A stretch of 64,000 bases of DNA from the NCBI GenBank assembly GCA_963703285.1, contig OY969807.1, positions 1,472,001 to 1,536,000 of the forward strand, written 5' to 3'. This document shows positions 30,591-39,681 of the stretch, in pieces. Under the pieces are notes generated by a model. That model saw only the letters and a list, made by a program, of their open reading frames with translations, made no database searches and was not told where the DNA came from. How positions within the stretch are numbered: position 1 is the stretch's first letter; each line of letters starts with the position of its first letter. The stretch comes from an uncultured Nitrososphaerota archaeon (GTDB lineage: Archaea > Thermoproteota > Nitrososphaeria > Nitrososphaerales > Gagatemarchaeaceae). The position numbers and the translations under genes are program-made.

Positions 30591-31649
30591 TCACTTGCTG
30601 ATGGTTGCCTTGTTCTCGAAGACTTCCTTGGGAATCAGGCCAAAGACGTCGGGATGCTTCTTCCGCAGGGACTCTTCGGAGGGAGGAAAGAGCCCCGCCC
30701 TGATGGCCCGCCTGACGTTTGATTTCACAAACTGCTTGTACCTTGTGTCGCCGATGTACGAGAGCACGGCGTCCGTCGCCGCGGTCTCGTCCAGCCCCTT
30801 GATCGTAGTGAAGTAGGGGGCGAGGATGAGCCAGATCACCCTGTGCCTCCCGTCGGTTATCGGATGGGCGAGCAGCCTCTGGATGTAGTCGTACTGCTTC
30901 CCTCGCGGGACCGAGGGGCGGGGGATCTGGCTCCTGAACTCGTCGACCAGCGAGTGGATGAACGGCTGGACGGATGCGGTCTTCAGCGCCCTCATGCCCG
31001 AAATCATCAGCCCTTCGACGAGCGCCGCGAAGAAGTCCTGGATGTCGTTCAGGGAGAAGTAGACCAGACCCGAATGCACCCGCATGTTGACCAGGCTCCA
31101 CCTGGGATCGCGGGTGAGCTCGTAGTTCGTTGAGACTGACAGGTACTCCATCACAGGACAGACGAACCTCTGGTCCCTGCCCCTGGTCAGCTGTAGGCCG
31201 ACCGCCTCGCGCAGGATGGAGACCATCTCCTCTGGGCTCTCCTTCAGGAAGAACTTCTTCGCGCGGAACGATTCCGTCTTCGAGAGGGCCGCTCTGAGAA
31301 ACGGCTCGCTCTTGGCTGCTAGCATCGCGACGAAGAAGCTGTAGAACTCGACCAGCTCCTCGCGGGCCGTGAGGTCGTTCGTCCGCCTCCTGTAGGTCTG
31401 GTAGTCGAAGACGCGCACGTTCTGTATGTCTATCTCGGGGTTCTTCAGAGCGAGCCAGATGCGATAGCGTGCCTGGTCCAGTATCGGTTCGTGGAGAGCC
31501 TTGAACACTTCGTCGTTCAGGGGATAGTCGGAGAGGAAGTCCCTCGAGGCCTTCAGGAAGGGATACTTCACGATCTTCTCTTCGATGGACAAGGCTACCC
31601 TCCGTCCATCCAGAAGATTGATGGCCAGTGATATCCTTTCTCCGGTCAT
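30591..31649 (-). CDS. Primase accessory subunit: PriL N-terminal domain fused to a PriX-like domain
   Basis: KYPFL..A and W.LVN..V..G.V (PriL-like); YDYIQRLL..PI.DGRHR.IWLILAPY...IKG (PriX-like). Confidence 0.75.
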   Translation of the reverse strand: MTGERISLAINLLDGRRVALSIEEKIVKYPFLKASRDFLSDYPLNDEVFKALHEPILDQARYRIWLALKNPEIDIQNVRVFDYQTYRRRTNDLTAREELVEFYSFFVAMLAAKSEPFLRAALSKTESFRAKKFFLKESPEEMVSILREAVGLQLTRGRDQRFVCPVMEYLSVSTNYELTRDPRWSLVNMRVHSGLVYFSLNDIQDFFAALVEGLMISGMRALKTASVQPFIHSLVDEFRSQIPRPSVPRGKQYDYIQRLLAHPITDGRHRVIWLILAPYFTTIKGLDETAATDAVLSYIGDTRYKQFVKSNVRRAIRAGLFPPSEESLRKKHPDVFGLIPKEVFENKATISK

Positions 31650-31808
31650 TCGAAGGCCGAATCGTGAACACCTTATTGAGCGTAACCGGTCAGGCACAGA
31701 CCCATGGGCGGGAGAGGCCTGAAAGTGACCGCGCGCCCCCGCCATCCCGGCATGACCGCAGCGGTACCTCGCCAATCTTAATAGTTGGTCAGGCTTCGCT
31801 TGTAGGTC

Positions 31809-32018
31809 ATGGCCGACAGGCGATTCGTCGTGATGACGACGACGACCACAATCGTCCTGGTGTTCTCCTGGACCCTGTTCGCCTACGTTGCCTCGGCCGT
31901 CGGCTTCGACGTGCAGGTGTTCGTCGAGCTTTCGGCCCTGTCAGTCATCCTGGTGGCCGGTGACATCGGCCTCTGGGTGCTGGTCCGCCGCCTGCGGTCT
32001 CGCAGACCCGGTGCTTGA
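31809..32018 (+). CDS. Small two-helix membrane protein
   Basis: Similar to 1581..1799. Confidence 0.7.
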   Translation: MADRRFVVMTTTTTIVLVFSWTLFAYVASAVGFDVQVFVELSALSVILVAGDIGLWVLVRRLRSRRPGA

Positions 32019-32094
32019 AAACCTAGTGGGCCGGACGCAGGGCAAGACATTATAGACTTAATGCTGACGCAAAAGGCATCCTCGTGACCCGCCG

Positions 32095-32295
32095 TTGACG
32101 GAACAAGAGACGTCAACCCTTGAATCTCCAGAGAGGTCGGAAGCAACCGAGGAGCTCTACGAATGGTTCTGGGACAAGCTTCAGAACAAGTGGATCAAGG
32201 TGACGTCGAAGAACAGCCAGGGTAGGCGGTGCGGTCGCTGCGGGTGCAGCTGTCCCTGCACTTGCGCAGACTGTCTCTACCAGTGCTGCTCCTAG
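32095..32295 (+). CDS. Small protein with Cys-rich C-terminus (metallothionein-like)
   Basis: CGRCGCSCPCTCADCLYQCCS; AT-rich promoter-like sequence upstream. Confidence 0.65.
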   Translation: MTEQETSTLESPERSEATEELYEWFWDKLQNKWIKVTSKNSQGRRCGRCGCSCPCTCADCLYQCCS

Positions 32296-32310
32296 GGCTC
32301 GCGTGGGCAT

Positions 32311-32832
32311 TCATCCGATCTCTTCGACCCTCGAGGGAAGGCGGAGGTACCATCTCAGGAGTTCCCGGGCCCAGGGAGACAGTTTTCCGCCATCGTCGTC
32401 GACGAGCCGACGCAACCGTTCGGCATCGACCGCGACGACCTCCTCAATCTCTGACGGGTCTGGCTCCACCCTCCCGGCGTATTCGGAGCGGAAGAGCACC
32501 GAAACCATGTTGTCGGCGGGTCCATAGGCCATCCTGAACTTCAGGACCCTCGAAATCGGTAGGCCTTCGATCCCAAGCTCCTCCTTCAGGCCACGGCTCG
32601 CCGTCTCCTCGAAGGTCTCCCCCGATCTGGAGTGCTCCGATACCGACAAGTCCAGTGTGCCGGGGGACTTGTCCTTCTTCGGCGAGCGCAGCTGCAGGAG
32701 GAGCTCTCCCCGCGAGTTGAAGACGAGGACGTGGGCCCCCCGGTGCCAGTCACCCGACGAGTGGACGTCTCTCCTCGTCGCGGTGCTGACGGTGGTCCCG
32801 TCCCTGTCGACGACGTCGACGACCTCCTCCAT
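32311..32832 (-). CDS. NUDIX hydrolase (IDI type 1 / YfcD-like)
   Basis: VDVVD, HRGAHVLVFNSRGELLLQ.R, GETFEETASRGLKEELGI. Confidence 0.9.
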   Translation of the reverse strand: MEEVVDVVDRDGTTVSTATRRDVHSSGDWHRGAHVLVFNSRGELLLQLRSPKKDKSPGTLDLSVSEHSRSGETFEETASRGLKEELGIEGLPISRVLKFRMAYGPADNMVSVLFRSEYAGRVEPDPSEIEEVVAVDAERLRRLVDDDGGKLSPWARELLRWYLRLPSRVEEIG

Positions 32833-32906
32833 GGGACGCTCCGTCGGGGTCTTGGGGTGATAAGCCTTGGCGTGGTCGGCGATTCATCGGCGCAAGGACG
32901 GGTCCA

Positions 32907-33545
32907 TCACGCGCCGCTCCCTAGGTCCCTCATGACCTCCGAGTAACCCGTGACCGTCCCCCTGGCATCCTTCACTTCAGAGAGCTCCGTCCTGTATCGG
33001 GTGGTGTAGCAGTCTCCCGCCTTCCTGATCTGGAACGCCTCGTAGGCCGCGTTGACCCGCCGCTTGTACTCGTCCTTGACGTCGGAGAGGACTCCGACCA
33101 GGCCGTCGGTGGCCCAGCCGCCCCTGGACGCGTGCATCTCCATGGCCGACCTGACGAGCGCCCCCGCCGTCTGAGCGTAGACCCAGTAGCGGAACTCCTC
33201 CTTCCAGAAACCCTTCTCGACCATATTCTCCGGGACGACCTGAATCAGCCGCGTGAGGGCGTAGTTGAGCCGCCCCAGCCAGGCGCCTCTGTGTCCGGAG
33301 GTTCCGCTCCGACTTCCGAATACCTCGAGAGCGAGGCCCCTGGCTGGACCGGGTACGCCTCGAGGCGTCTTTCCCCCTTCGAGCTGGAGCAGGACCCCGC
33401 CAATGGCGACGAAGCTACGCCTGTAGTAGACCGAGACCTCCGTCTCGTTGTTCGCTCCGCGGCCGAGCGCATCGCTGATTTCTTCTGCCAGGGCGTCCAC
33501 CTTCTAGTCGATTCGGGGCCTCTCCTCCCTTGAGATGTAGGGCAT
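32907..33545 (-). pseudogene. DUF6899-like protein with in-frame TAG at codon 14
   Basis: ATG 33545 gives MPYISREERPRID*KVDAL; GRLNYALTRL and GVL..VK.EYKRRV..YE...GD motifs downstream. Confidence 0.7.
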
Positions 33546-33630
33546 GATGGGGGTGGCGTAGATTAGTTACTTAGAACTTGGCATTGAGGTCTCACAACGC
33601 TTTTTACTTTCGGCCCTCTTCGGCTATGAG

Positions 33631-34026
33631 ATGAAGGCCTACCTCTCCGTTCCAATCATCGCCAACAGGTCGGTGGACACCGCCCACCTGATGGCGGAGG
33701 CGATCAGGACATCGGGTCACGAACTGACATCACCCTGGGTGCTGAACGACCTGGAGACGAGGCCGTCCGAGTCGGTCAACATCTTCTCGAGGGACAGAAT
33801 GGCCGTCGAAGACTGTGACGTGCTCGTCGCGGACGTATCGAAGCCCAGCACGGGGGTCGGCATGGAGGTCATGACCGCCTTCAAGGCCGGGAAGAGGATC
33901 GTCCTCGTCGCACTAGCGGGAAGCACGATCACGCGGATGCTCACGGACATGGAGGAGGCGGAGTGGGTCTACTTCACCGACGAAGCCTCGTTGCTCAGGG
34001 GTCTCGCAGAGAAGCTGAAGCAGTAG
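33631..34026 (+). CDS. Nucleoside 2-deoxyribosyltransferase / DNPH1-like N-glycosidase
   Basis: MKAYLS.PI, IFSRD...VEDCDVLVADVSKPSTGVGMEV. Confidence 0.85.
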   Translation: MKAYLSVPIIANRSVDTAHLMAEAIRTSGHELTSPWVLNDLETRPSESVNIFSRDRMAVEDCDVLVADVSKPSTGVGMEVMTAFKAGKRIVLVALAGSTITRMLTDMEEAEWVYFTDEASLLRGLAEKLKQ

Positions 34027-34579
34027 CCCGGACCCGAGCGGTCCGGCGCGCCGAGGGAACGCCTGCGCTCTCTCCCAACCCTTCGATCTTGAGCCTGCGG
34101 AGCACGTACCGCGCGGCCGACTCCGCCGTCCGCCTGTCGGAGTGGACGAAAATGGCCCTCTCAGGCTTCTCGAAGGCCGCGCTCAGACGGTTAAACGAGG
34201 CGTCGGGGACGCTTGTGTTCCTCTGCGAGTTCCTCGCCCGCGCTACCTCCTGGTCGCAGAGAACGCAGACGATGATGGAGGCCGAGCAGTACCTCGCTAG
34301 CTTCCTCTCTGCCTCGGCCCTGTAGTCGTCCTTGAGGAAGGTGGCGTCGAGGATTGCGTCGTAGCCTCTCTTGAGCGCCTCCCGCCCTATCAGGAACATC
34401 GATTGGTAGACCAGCTTGGACTCGGCCGCCGTGTAGGAGGGGGTGGGGATCATGAAGCGAAGGGTGTCCGTCTGTATGTGGATTGCGGACCCGATGGCCC
34501 CTGCGACGATGCGCGCGATAGTCGTCTTCCCGCTGCCGGGTATCCCGCAGAAGATCAGGAGGCGTCCTTTGGTGCTCGT
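33995..34579 (-). CDS. P-loop kinase (AAA_33-like)
   Basis: Frame extends upstream of the track start through LLIFCGIPGSGKTT; ILDATF, ARARN..R, FEKP; no canonical start before Walker A. Confidence 0.85.
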   Translation of the reverse strand, partial: TSTKGRLLIFCGIPGSGKTTIARIVAGAIGSAIHIQTDTLRFMIPTPSYTAAESKLVYQSMFLIGREALKRGYDAILDATFLKDDYRAEAERKLARYCSASIIVCVLCDQEVARARNSQRNTSVPDASFNRLSAAFEKPERAIFVHSDRRTAESAARYVLRRLKIEGLGESAGVPSARRTARVRATASASLRDP

Positions 34580-34780
34580 GTCTCTAAACCGGGCTACCCC
34601 CGTTATTAAAAACTGGCTCGCGGGGTCGGCTTGCAGTTGTTACAGGTAGTTACTGCTGAAATGAACGGCGACGTATGCTCTGAGTATAAAAAGTGGATGA
34701 AACATGTTCCATTGGTAACATATTGGCAACATGAAATGTATGGCAACGGCACAAATATCTAGTGTTCCGCAGAGTCTCCC

Positions 34781-36616
34781 ATGAGGACTAAATCGGGCGT
34801 TAGCACCCCAGTGGCAATCATCGCCATTGTGGTTGCGGTTATAGTTGTAGGGGCGGGCGTTTACGCCGTCTCCAGCGCGGGCAACCACACGGTCACCTCG
34901 ACCTCGGTCTCGACGGCTACTTCGACAGCCACTTCGACGGCTACATCCACCGCCACTTCGACCGCTACTTCGACAGCCACTTCCACGGCCACAACCACGG
35001 TCACCCCTACCACGTCGTCTTCTGAGGTCACGGCGCCACCCCTTGTCGTCCAGAGGAACGCAGCCTACAGCGACGCCGACCCCCGTGACACGTCCTCAAT
35101 CGATGTTGTACAGCAGTCCTACGAGACGCTGACCTACCTCACGGCTAACGGGACGGTGATACCAGGGCTGGCCACTTCTTGGAAGTCGATAAACGGAAGC
35201 ACCTGGCAGTACACCCTGAGGCAGGGAGTCACCTTCCACGATGGCACGGCGTTCAACGCGACGGCCGTTCCCTTCTCCATCGCGAACACGATTCTGTGGG
35301 GCGGCGGAGACGCGCCCGACGTCTGGGCTAACTTCGTAAGGGCGAGCGTCGTAAGCACCTACGTGGTCGACCTGACCTGGAGCCAGATCATCAACGCTCC
35401 GATAATCACGTCGGCGGCCTACTCCGGCTTCATCTTCAGCCCCAACATCCTGAAGTACGCAGGGTTGCCCGACACGACCACCAGCCTCACGACAGGCCTC
35501 CACACGTGGTTCAACAACTACAACGACGACGGCACAGGGCCCTACATCATCAGCCCAACCGCATCCAGCCTGGCCAAGGGCATCTGGGTGCTGAATGCGT
35601 ACCCGAAATATTGGGGCGGATGGAAGCCGGGACAGGTCCAGCAGATCACCTTCGATGAGGTGACCAACGTCAACACCGCCATCCAGCTGGCCACGGAGGG
35701 ACAACTCGATGTGATAGGCGTCGGAGGCGCGTTCCAGTACGTCCCGCAGCTTCTCTCGGCGGGCCTCAACGTCGTCTCGGGTCCGACACACGGCTCGATA
35801 TGGCTCCTCTTCAACACCCAGCACCAGTACCTCGACAACGCGGCGGTGAGGCAGGCGCTGCTCACTGCGGTCAACTACCAGCAGATACTGCAGGAGGCCT
35901 ACTACGGCTACGGAATCAACTACAACGGAGCGATAAACCCCGGGCTCGCCTTCTACAATGCCAACGCGCCAGGGTACCCAGTCGCCGGCAACCTCACCCA
36001 GGCCAAGGCGATGCTGGCTGCGGCGGGCTACCCGAACGGGCTACCCAACCTGCAGCTCACGCTGACCTACTCCACCGGGAGCCCGTTCGAGGCGACCATC
36101 GCGTCACTGCTGAACACCTACTGGCAGCCCCTCGGCGTGACGGTCAACCTCGACGGTTTGTCCTTCACCAACCAGGCGATAAAGGCGGGCTACGTCAACG
36201 GGACAGAATCTTTCGAGCCGGGACCAATCTCATACGCGTCCACGAGCAGCGCGCAGGACCTCGTCCTCCTCAACTGGAACGGCGCGACCTCCGACCCCTG
36301 GCTCGTCCCAGATGAGCTCTTCGCCATACAGAACGCCCCCTACCAGAACGACATCCTCTACAACTGGTCCTACCTGCAGAACACCCAGTTCACGACGCTC
36401 CTGAACCAGTTCAGCGTCGACGAGGCGACCAACCCGACGGCGGCCGCCAGCGACATCACCAGCCTCGACACCATGTTCTACAACCTGGCACCGGGAGCGG
36501 CGGTGTTCCAGGGCGAGCAGATCTGGGTCGTGAGCCCGCACTGGCACGGAATAGTCATGAACCCCAACTACTCGTTCGACTACTTCTTCTACTACGCCTG
36601 GACCTACTCCCCTTAA
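34781..36616 (+). CDS. ABC transporter substrate-binding protein, family 5 (peptide/nickel)
   Basis: N-terminal anchor, S/T linker, YETL, PGLATSW, LRQGVTFHDGT.FNA, GTGPY, VRQAL. Confidence 0.95.
   Translation: MRTKSGVSTPVAIIAIVVAVIVVGAGVYAVSSAGNHTVTSTSVSTATSTATSTATSTATSTATSTATSTATTTVTPTTSSSEVTAPPLVVQRNAAYSDADPRDTSSIDVVQQSYETLTYLTANGTVIPGLATSWKSINGSTWQYTLRQGVTFHDGTAFNATAVPFSIANTILWGGGDAPDVWANFVRASVVSTYVVDLTWSQIINAPIITSAAYSGFIFSPNILKYAGLPDTTTSLTTGLHTWFNNYNDDGTGPYIISPTASSLAKGIWVLNAYPKYWGGWKPGQVQQITFDEVTNVNTAIQLATEGQLDVIGVGGAFQYVPQLLSAGLNVVSGPTHGSIWLLFNTQHQYLDNAAVRQALLTAVNYQQILQEAYYGYGINYNGAINPGLAFYNANAPGYPVAGNLTQAKAMLAAAGYPNGLPNLQLTLTYSTGSPFEATIASLLNTYWQPLGVTVNLDGLSFTNQAIKAGYVNGTESFEPGPISYASTSSAQDLVLLNWNGATSDPWLVPDELFAIQNAPYQNDILYNWSYLQNTQFTTLLNQFSVDEATNPTAAASDITSLDTMFYNLAPGAAVFQGEQIWVVSPHWHGIVMNPNYSFDYFFYYAWTYSP
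34910..34993 (+). repeat. Seven 12-bp tandem units encoding (STAT)7 linker
   Basis: TCN ACN GCN ACN x7 with synonymous variation. Confidence 0.9.
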
Positions 36617-36642
36617 CTAGGGTCGAGCCTAGATAGCTGGGC

Positions 36643-37698
36643 TTGAACCTAGGGGCCTACATAGTCAGAAGAAGCCTGCTGGTAGTGGTGGTGGTCCTGG
36701 GGACCATCACCATCACGTTCTTCCTGTCGCACATCGTGCCCGGCAACCCGGCGGTGCTCTTCGCAGGCCCCCAGTCGACGCCCCAGGAGGTTGCGCTGTG
36801 GACGCAGAGGCTCGGACTGAACAAGCCCCTTTACGTGCAGTTCGGGATCTACCTGAAGAACGTCCTCACCGGCAACTTGGGGGACGCCTACTCGTTCTCA
36901 AATGACCCCATCCTGCCCCTCATCGAGCAGTCACTGCCCAACACCCTCACCCTGGCCGGGCTCGCGACGGCCGCGGCGGCGGTCATCGGGATCCCGCTGG
37001 GCATCGAGTCGGCGAGGAGGGGAGGCGGAAAGCTCGACTCGGTCCTCAGGCTGTTCTCGGTCGGCTTCGTGGCGATCCCCCAGTTCTGGCTGGCGCTCAT
37101 CCTGCAACTCGGGTTCAACGTCGACCTGCACCTCTTTCCCCTCTCCTCATATGGGGGATCTCTGCTCTACATCCACCTCCACCCGATTAAGACTGTAACC
37201 GGGTCGTACCTTATCGACGCGGCGCTCACGGGCAACTGGTCGGGCTTCACCCACGTCGCCTGGTCCCTGGTGCTCCCAGTTACGGCCCTCGCGCTGTACC
37301 CAATCGGCGTGGTCATAAGGCAGACGCGCAGCTCGATGCTCGGGATTCTCAGCGAGAACTACGTCAGGACTGCGCGAGCTTACGGGCTGAAGGAGAGGGA
37401 GATCAACTACAGGTACGCGTTCCGCAACGCGCTACCCCCGATTCTCGTCATAATCGCGCTCATCTTCGCCGGGTCGATTATAGGAGTGGTCTTCGTCGAG
37501 GACGTCTTCTCCCTGTATCCGGGGATAGGACCGATGGTGGCCCAGTCCACCGGCACGGGGATAACCTCGAGCGCGATTGGAGCCGTCGACTACCCTCTGG
37601 TCCTCAGCCTTACCATAGTCATCACGATAATCTATGCTCTATCCAACTTCATGGCAGACCTTCTCCAGATCTACTTTGACCGCAGGCTCATCCGGTGA
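36643..37698 (+). CDS. Peptide ABC transporter permease (OppB/DppB-like)
   Basis: PGNPA, GLNKPLYVQF, YVRTARAYGL, VEDVF. Confidence 0.95.
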   Translation: MNLGAYIVRRSLLVVVVVLGTITITFFLSHIVPGNPAVLFAGPQSTPQEVALWTQRLGLNKPLYVQFGIYLKNVLTGNLGDAYSFSNDPILPLIEQSLPNTLTLAGLATAAAAVIGIPLGIESARRGGGKLDSVLRLFSVGFVAIPQFWLALILQLGFNVDLHLFPLSSYGGSLLYIHLHPIKTVTGSYLIDAALTGNWSGFTHVAWSLVLPVTALALYPIGVVIRQTRSSMLGILSENYVRTARAYGLKEREINYRYAFRNALPPILVIIALIFAGSIIGVVFVEDVFSLYPGIGPMVAQSTGTGITSSAIGAVDYPLVLSLTIVITIIYALSNFMADLLQIYFDRRLIR

Positions 37699-37704
37699 TG
37701 CCCC

Positions 37705-38691
37705 TTGAACATCTGGTCGCGGTCCTCGCTTCGCGCAGATGCGGGTGGGATATTCAGGCTACTCCACACCTTCAGGAGGCTGGCGAAGGACCCCTTCTTC
37801 ACATTCGCATTCATTGTCGTGGCGACGATGGTCATCGCCGCCGCGGGAGCCCCGTGGCTGACCCCATACCCGAAGCAGGGCCTTGGGTTCGCGGCCGAGC
37901 CTCCTCCTCAGTGCCCGGGGGTACCCACGGCCATCGCGGGCGTCTGCCCCCCCTCGCTCGCGCACCCGTTCGGTACGGAACAATTGGGCAGGGACCTCCT
38001 GACCAGGATCGTCTTCGGCATGCGGACCTCCCTCCTCGTCGGGGCCTACACCGTGGCGCTGGCCGTGGCCATCGGCCTCGCCGTCGGGCTGAGCGCGGCG
38101 TTCTTCGGCGGCTGGATAGACGAGGGGCTGATGAGGGTGACGGACATCTTCCTCTCCTTCCCTCACCTCATCCTGGCCCTGGTGATCATCGCGACCATCG
38201 GGCCCGGGTTCACGAGCGTCTTCATCGCCCTGGGGGTCACCTGGTGGCCTTCCTTTGCCCGCCTCGCCAGGGGGAAGGCCCTCGCGGTCAAGCAGCAGAA
38301 CTTCGTCCTCGCCGCCAGGGCCGCCGGCGCGAGCAACCGGTCCATAATACTCAGGCACATCCTGCCGAACTCGCTCGCGCCCCTGACGGTCCAGATGAGC
38401 CTCGACATGGGGATAGCGATACTGGCGGAGGCGGGACTCAGCTTCCTCGGTCTGGGCATCAGGCCCCCCACAGCCGACCTCGGGGTGCTCATCTACGAGT
38501 CGGAGTACTTCCTGACCACTGCCTGGTGGCTCGCGCTCTTTCCAGGTATAGTCCTCGTTCTGCTCGTCCTCTCCTTCCTCCTGATAGGCGAGAGAATCAA
38601 CACATATCTAGACCCACGGCTCTCCCAGCTCTCGATGGTTAGGATGCCCTCCCTGTCGCCAGCGTTGAGCGAGAACCAGCCCCAGCGGTAA
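37705..38691 (+). CDS. Peptide ABC transporter permease (OppC/DppC-like)
   Basis: HPFGTEQLGRD, FVLAARAAGAS, HILPN, EAGLSFLGLG. Confidence 0.95.
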   Translation: MNIWSRSSLRADAGGIFRLLHTFRRLAKDPFFTFAFIVVATMVIAAAGAPWLTPYPKQGLGFAAEPPPQCPGVPTAIAGVCPPSLAHPFGTEQLGRDLLTRIVFGMRTSLLVGAYTVALAVAIGLAVGLSAAFFGGWIDEGLMRVTDIFLSFPHLILALVIIATIGPGFTSVFIALGVTWWPSFARLARGKALAVKQQNFVLAARAAGASNRSIILRHILPNSLAPLTVQMSLDMGIAILAEAGLSFLGLGIRPPTADLGVLIYESEYFLTTAWWLALFPGIVLVLLVLSFLLIGERINTYLDPRLSQLSMVRMPSLSPALSENQPQR

Positions 38692-38697
38692 TCCAGA

Positions 38698-39681
38698 TTG
38701 AATTTGCTCGACATAGCCGGTCTCAAGCTCTCCTTCTATACCGAGAGGGGGAGGCTGGACCTGTTCACTTCGCTCGACTTCTCGCTGGGGGAGAGGGAGA
38801 TCGTCGGGATAGTCGGGGAGAGCGGCTCCGGCAAATCGACGCTCGCCTACGCCATAATTCGCCTGCTGCCGGCGAACGCGAGGATCCTGGGCGGGGAGAT
38901 AAACTTCGAGGGCAGCTCGCTGCTGCGGCTGAAGGAGAAGGAGATGGCGAAGGTCAGGGGCAGGAGGATCACCATGGTCTTCCAGGACCCCGGGACGTCG
39001 CTCAACCCCCTCTTCAGGGTGGGGGATCAGATGCGGAGCGTGCTCAAGTCGAACGTCGGGCTGGAGGGGGCGCCCGCCAGGCAGCACTCGGTCGAGCTTC
39101 TCAAGGAGGTCGACCTGCCCGACCCCGAGGGGGTCCTGGACTCCTTCCCCTTCGAGCTCTCGGGTGGGATGCAACAGCGGGTGATGCTCGCCATGGCCCT
39201 CTCGGCGAACCCGCGGCTCATCATCGCGGACGAGCCGACGAGCGCGGTAGACGCGACCATCCAGGCGCAGATCCTGAAGCTCCTCCTCAGGCTGAAGGCC
39301 GAGCGGGAGTTCTCCATGATTCTGATAACGCACTCGATCGTGGCGGCCCGCGACGTCTGCGACAGGATCGTTGTGATGTACGCCGGAGACATAGTCGAGG
39401 ATGCCGGGGTCTCGAGCCTCGTCTCCGACCCGAAGCACCCCTACTCGAAGGCGCTGCTCAACTGTATACCCGTTCCACGGAAGCCCGGCGACGCCAAGGT
39501 GCCGCTGCCGGTGGTTCCGGGGCAGGTCCCAGACCTCACCGATCCGCCCGCAGGCTGCAGGTTCCACCCCCGGTGCCCCTACGTGATGGCGGTCTGCCGC
39601 GACGAGAGGCCGTCGCACTACCAGGCCGACGGATCGAGGACGATGTGTTTCCTCTACGGAAGCGGGGGTGGTCCGCGATAG
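38698..39681 (+). CDS. Peptide ABC transporter ATPase (OppD/DppD-like)
   Basis: GESGSGKST, LSGGMQQR, ADEPT, GCRFHPRC. Confidence 0.95.
   Translation: MNLLDIAGLKLSFYTERGRLDLFTSLDFSLGEREIVGIVGESGSGKSTLAYAIIRLLPANARILGGEINFEGSSLLRLKEKEMAKVRGRRITMVFQDPGTSLNPLFRVGDQMRSVLKSNVGLEGAPARQHSVELLKEVDLPDPEGVLDSFPFELSGGMQQRVMLAMALSANPRLIIADEPTSAVDATIQAQILKLLLRLKAEREFSMILITHSIVAARDVCDRIVVMYAGDIVEDAGVSSLVSDPKHPYSKALLNCIPVPRKPGDAKVPLPVVPGQVPDLTDPPAGCRFHPRCPYVMAVCRDERPSHYQADGSRTMCFLYGSGGGPR

Noticed and set aside
32907-33545. Genome-wide TAG recoding (pyrrolysine or alternative code)
   Set aside because: Many genes in the window end cleanly at TAG; only one internal TAG was seen.
34910-34993. 12-bp tandem repeat as a contingency locus
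   Set aside because: Synonymously diverged S/T linker, common in archaeal membrane-anchored binding proteins.
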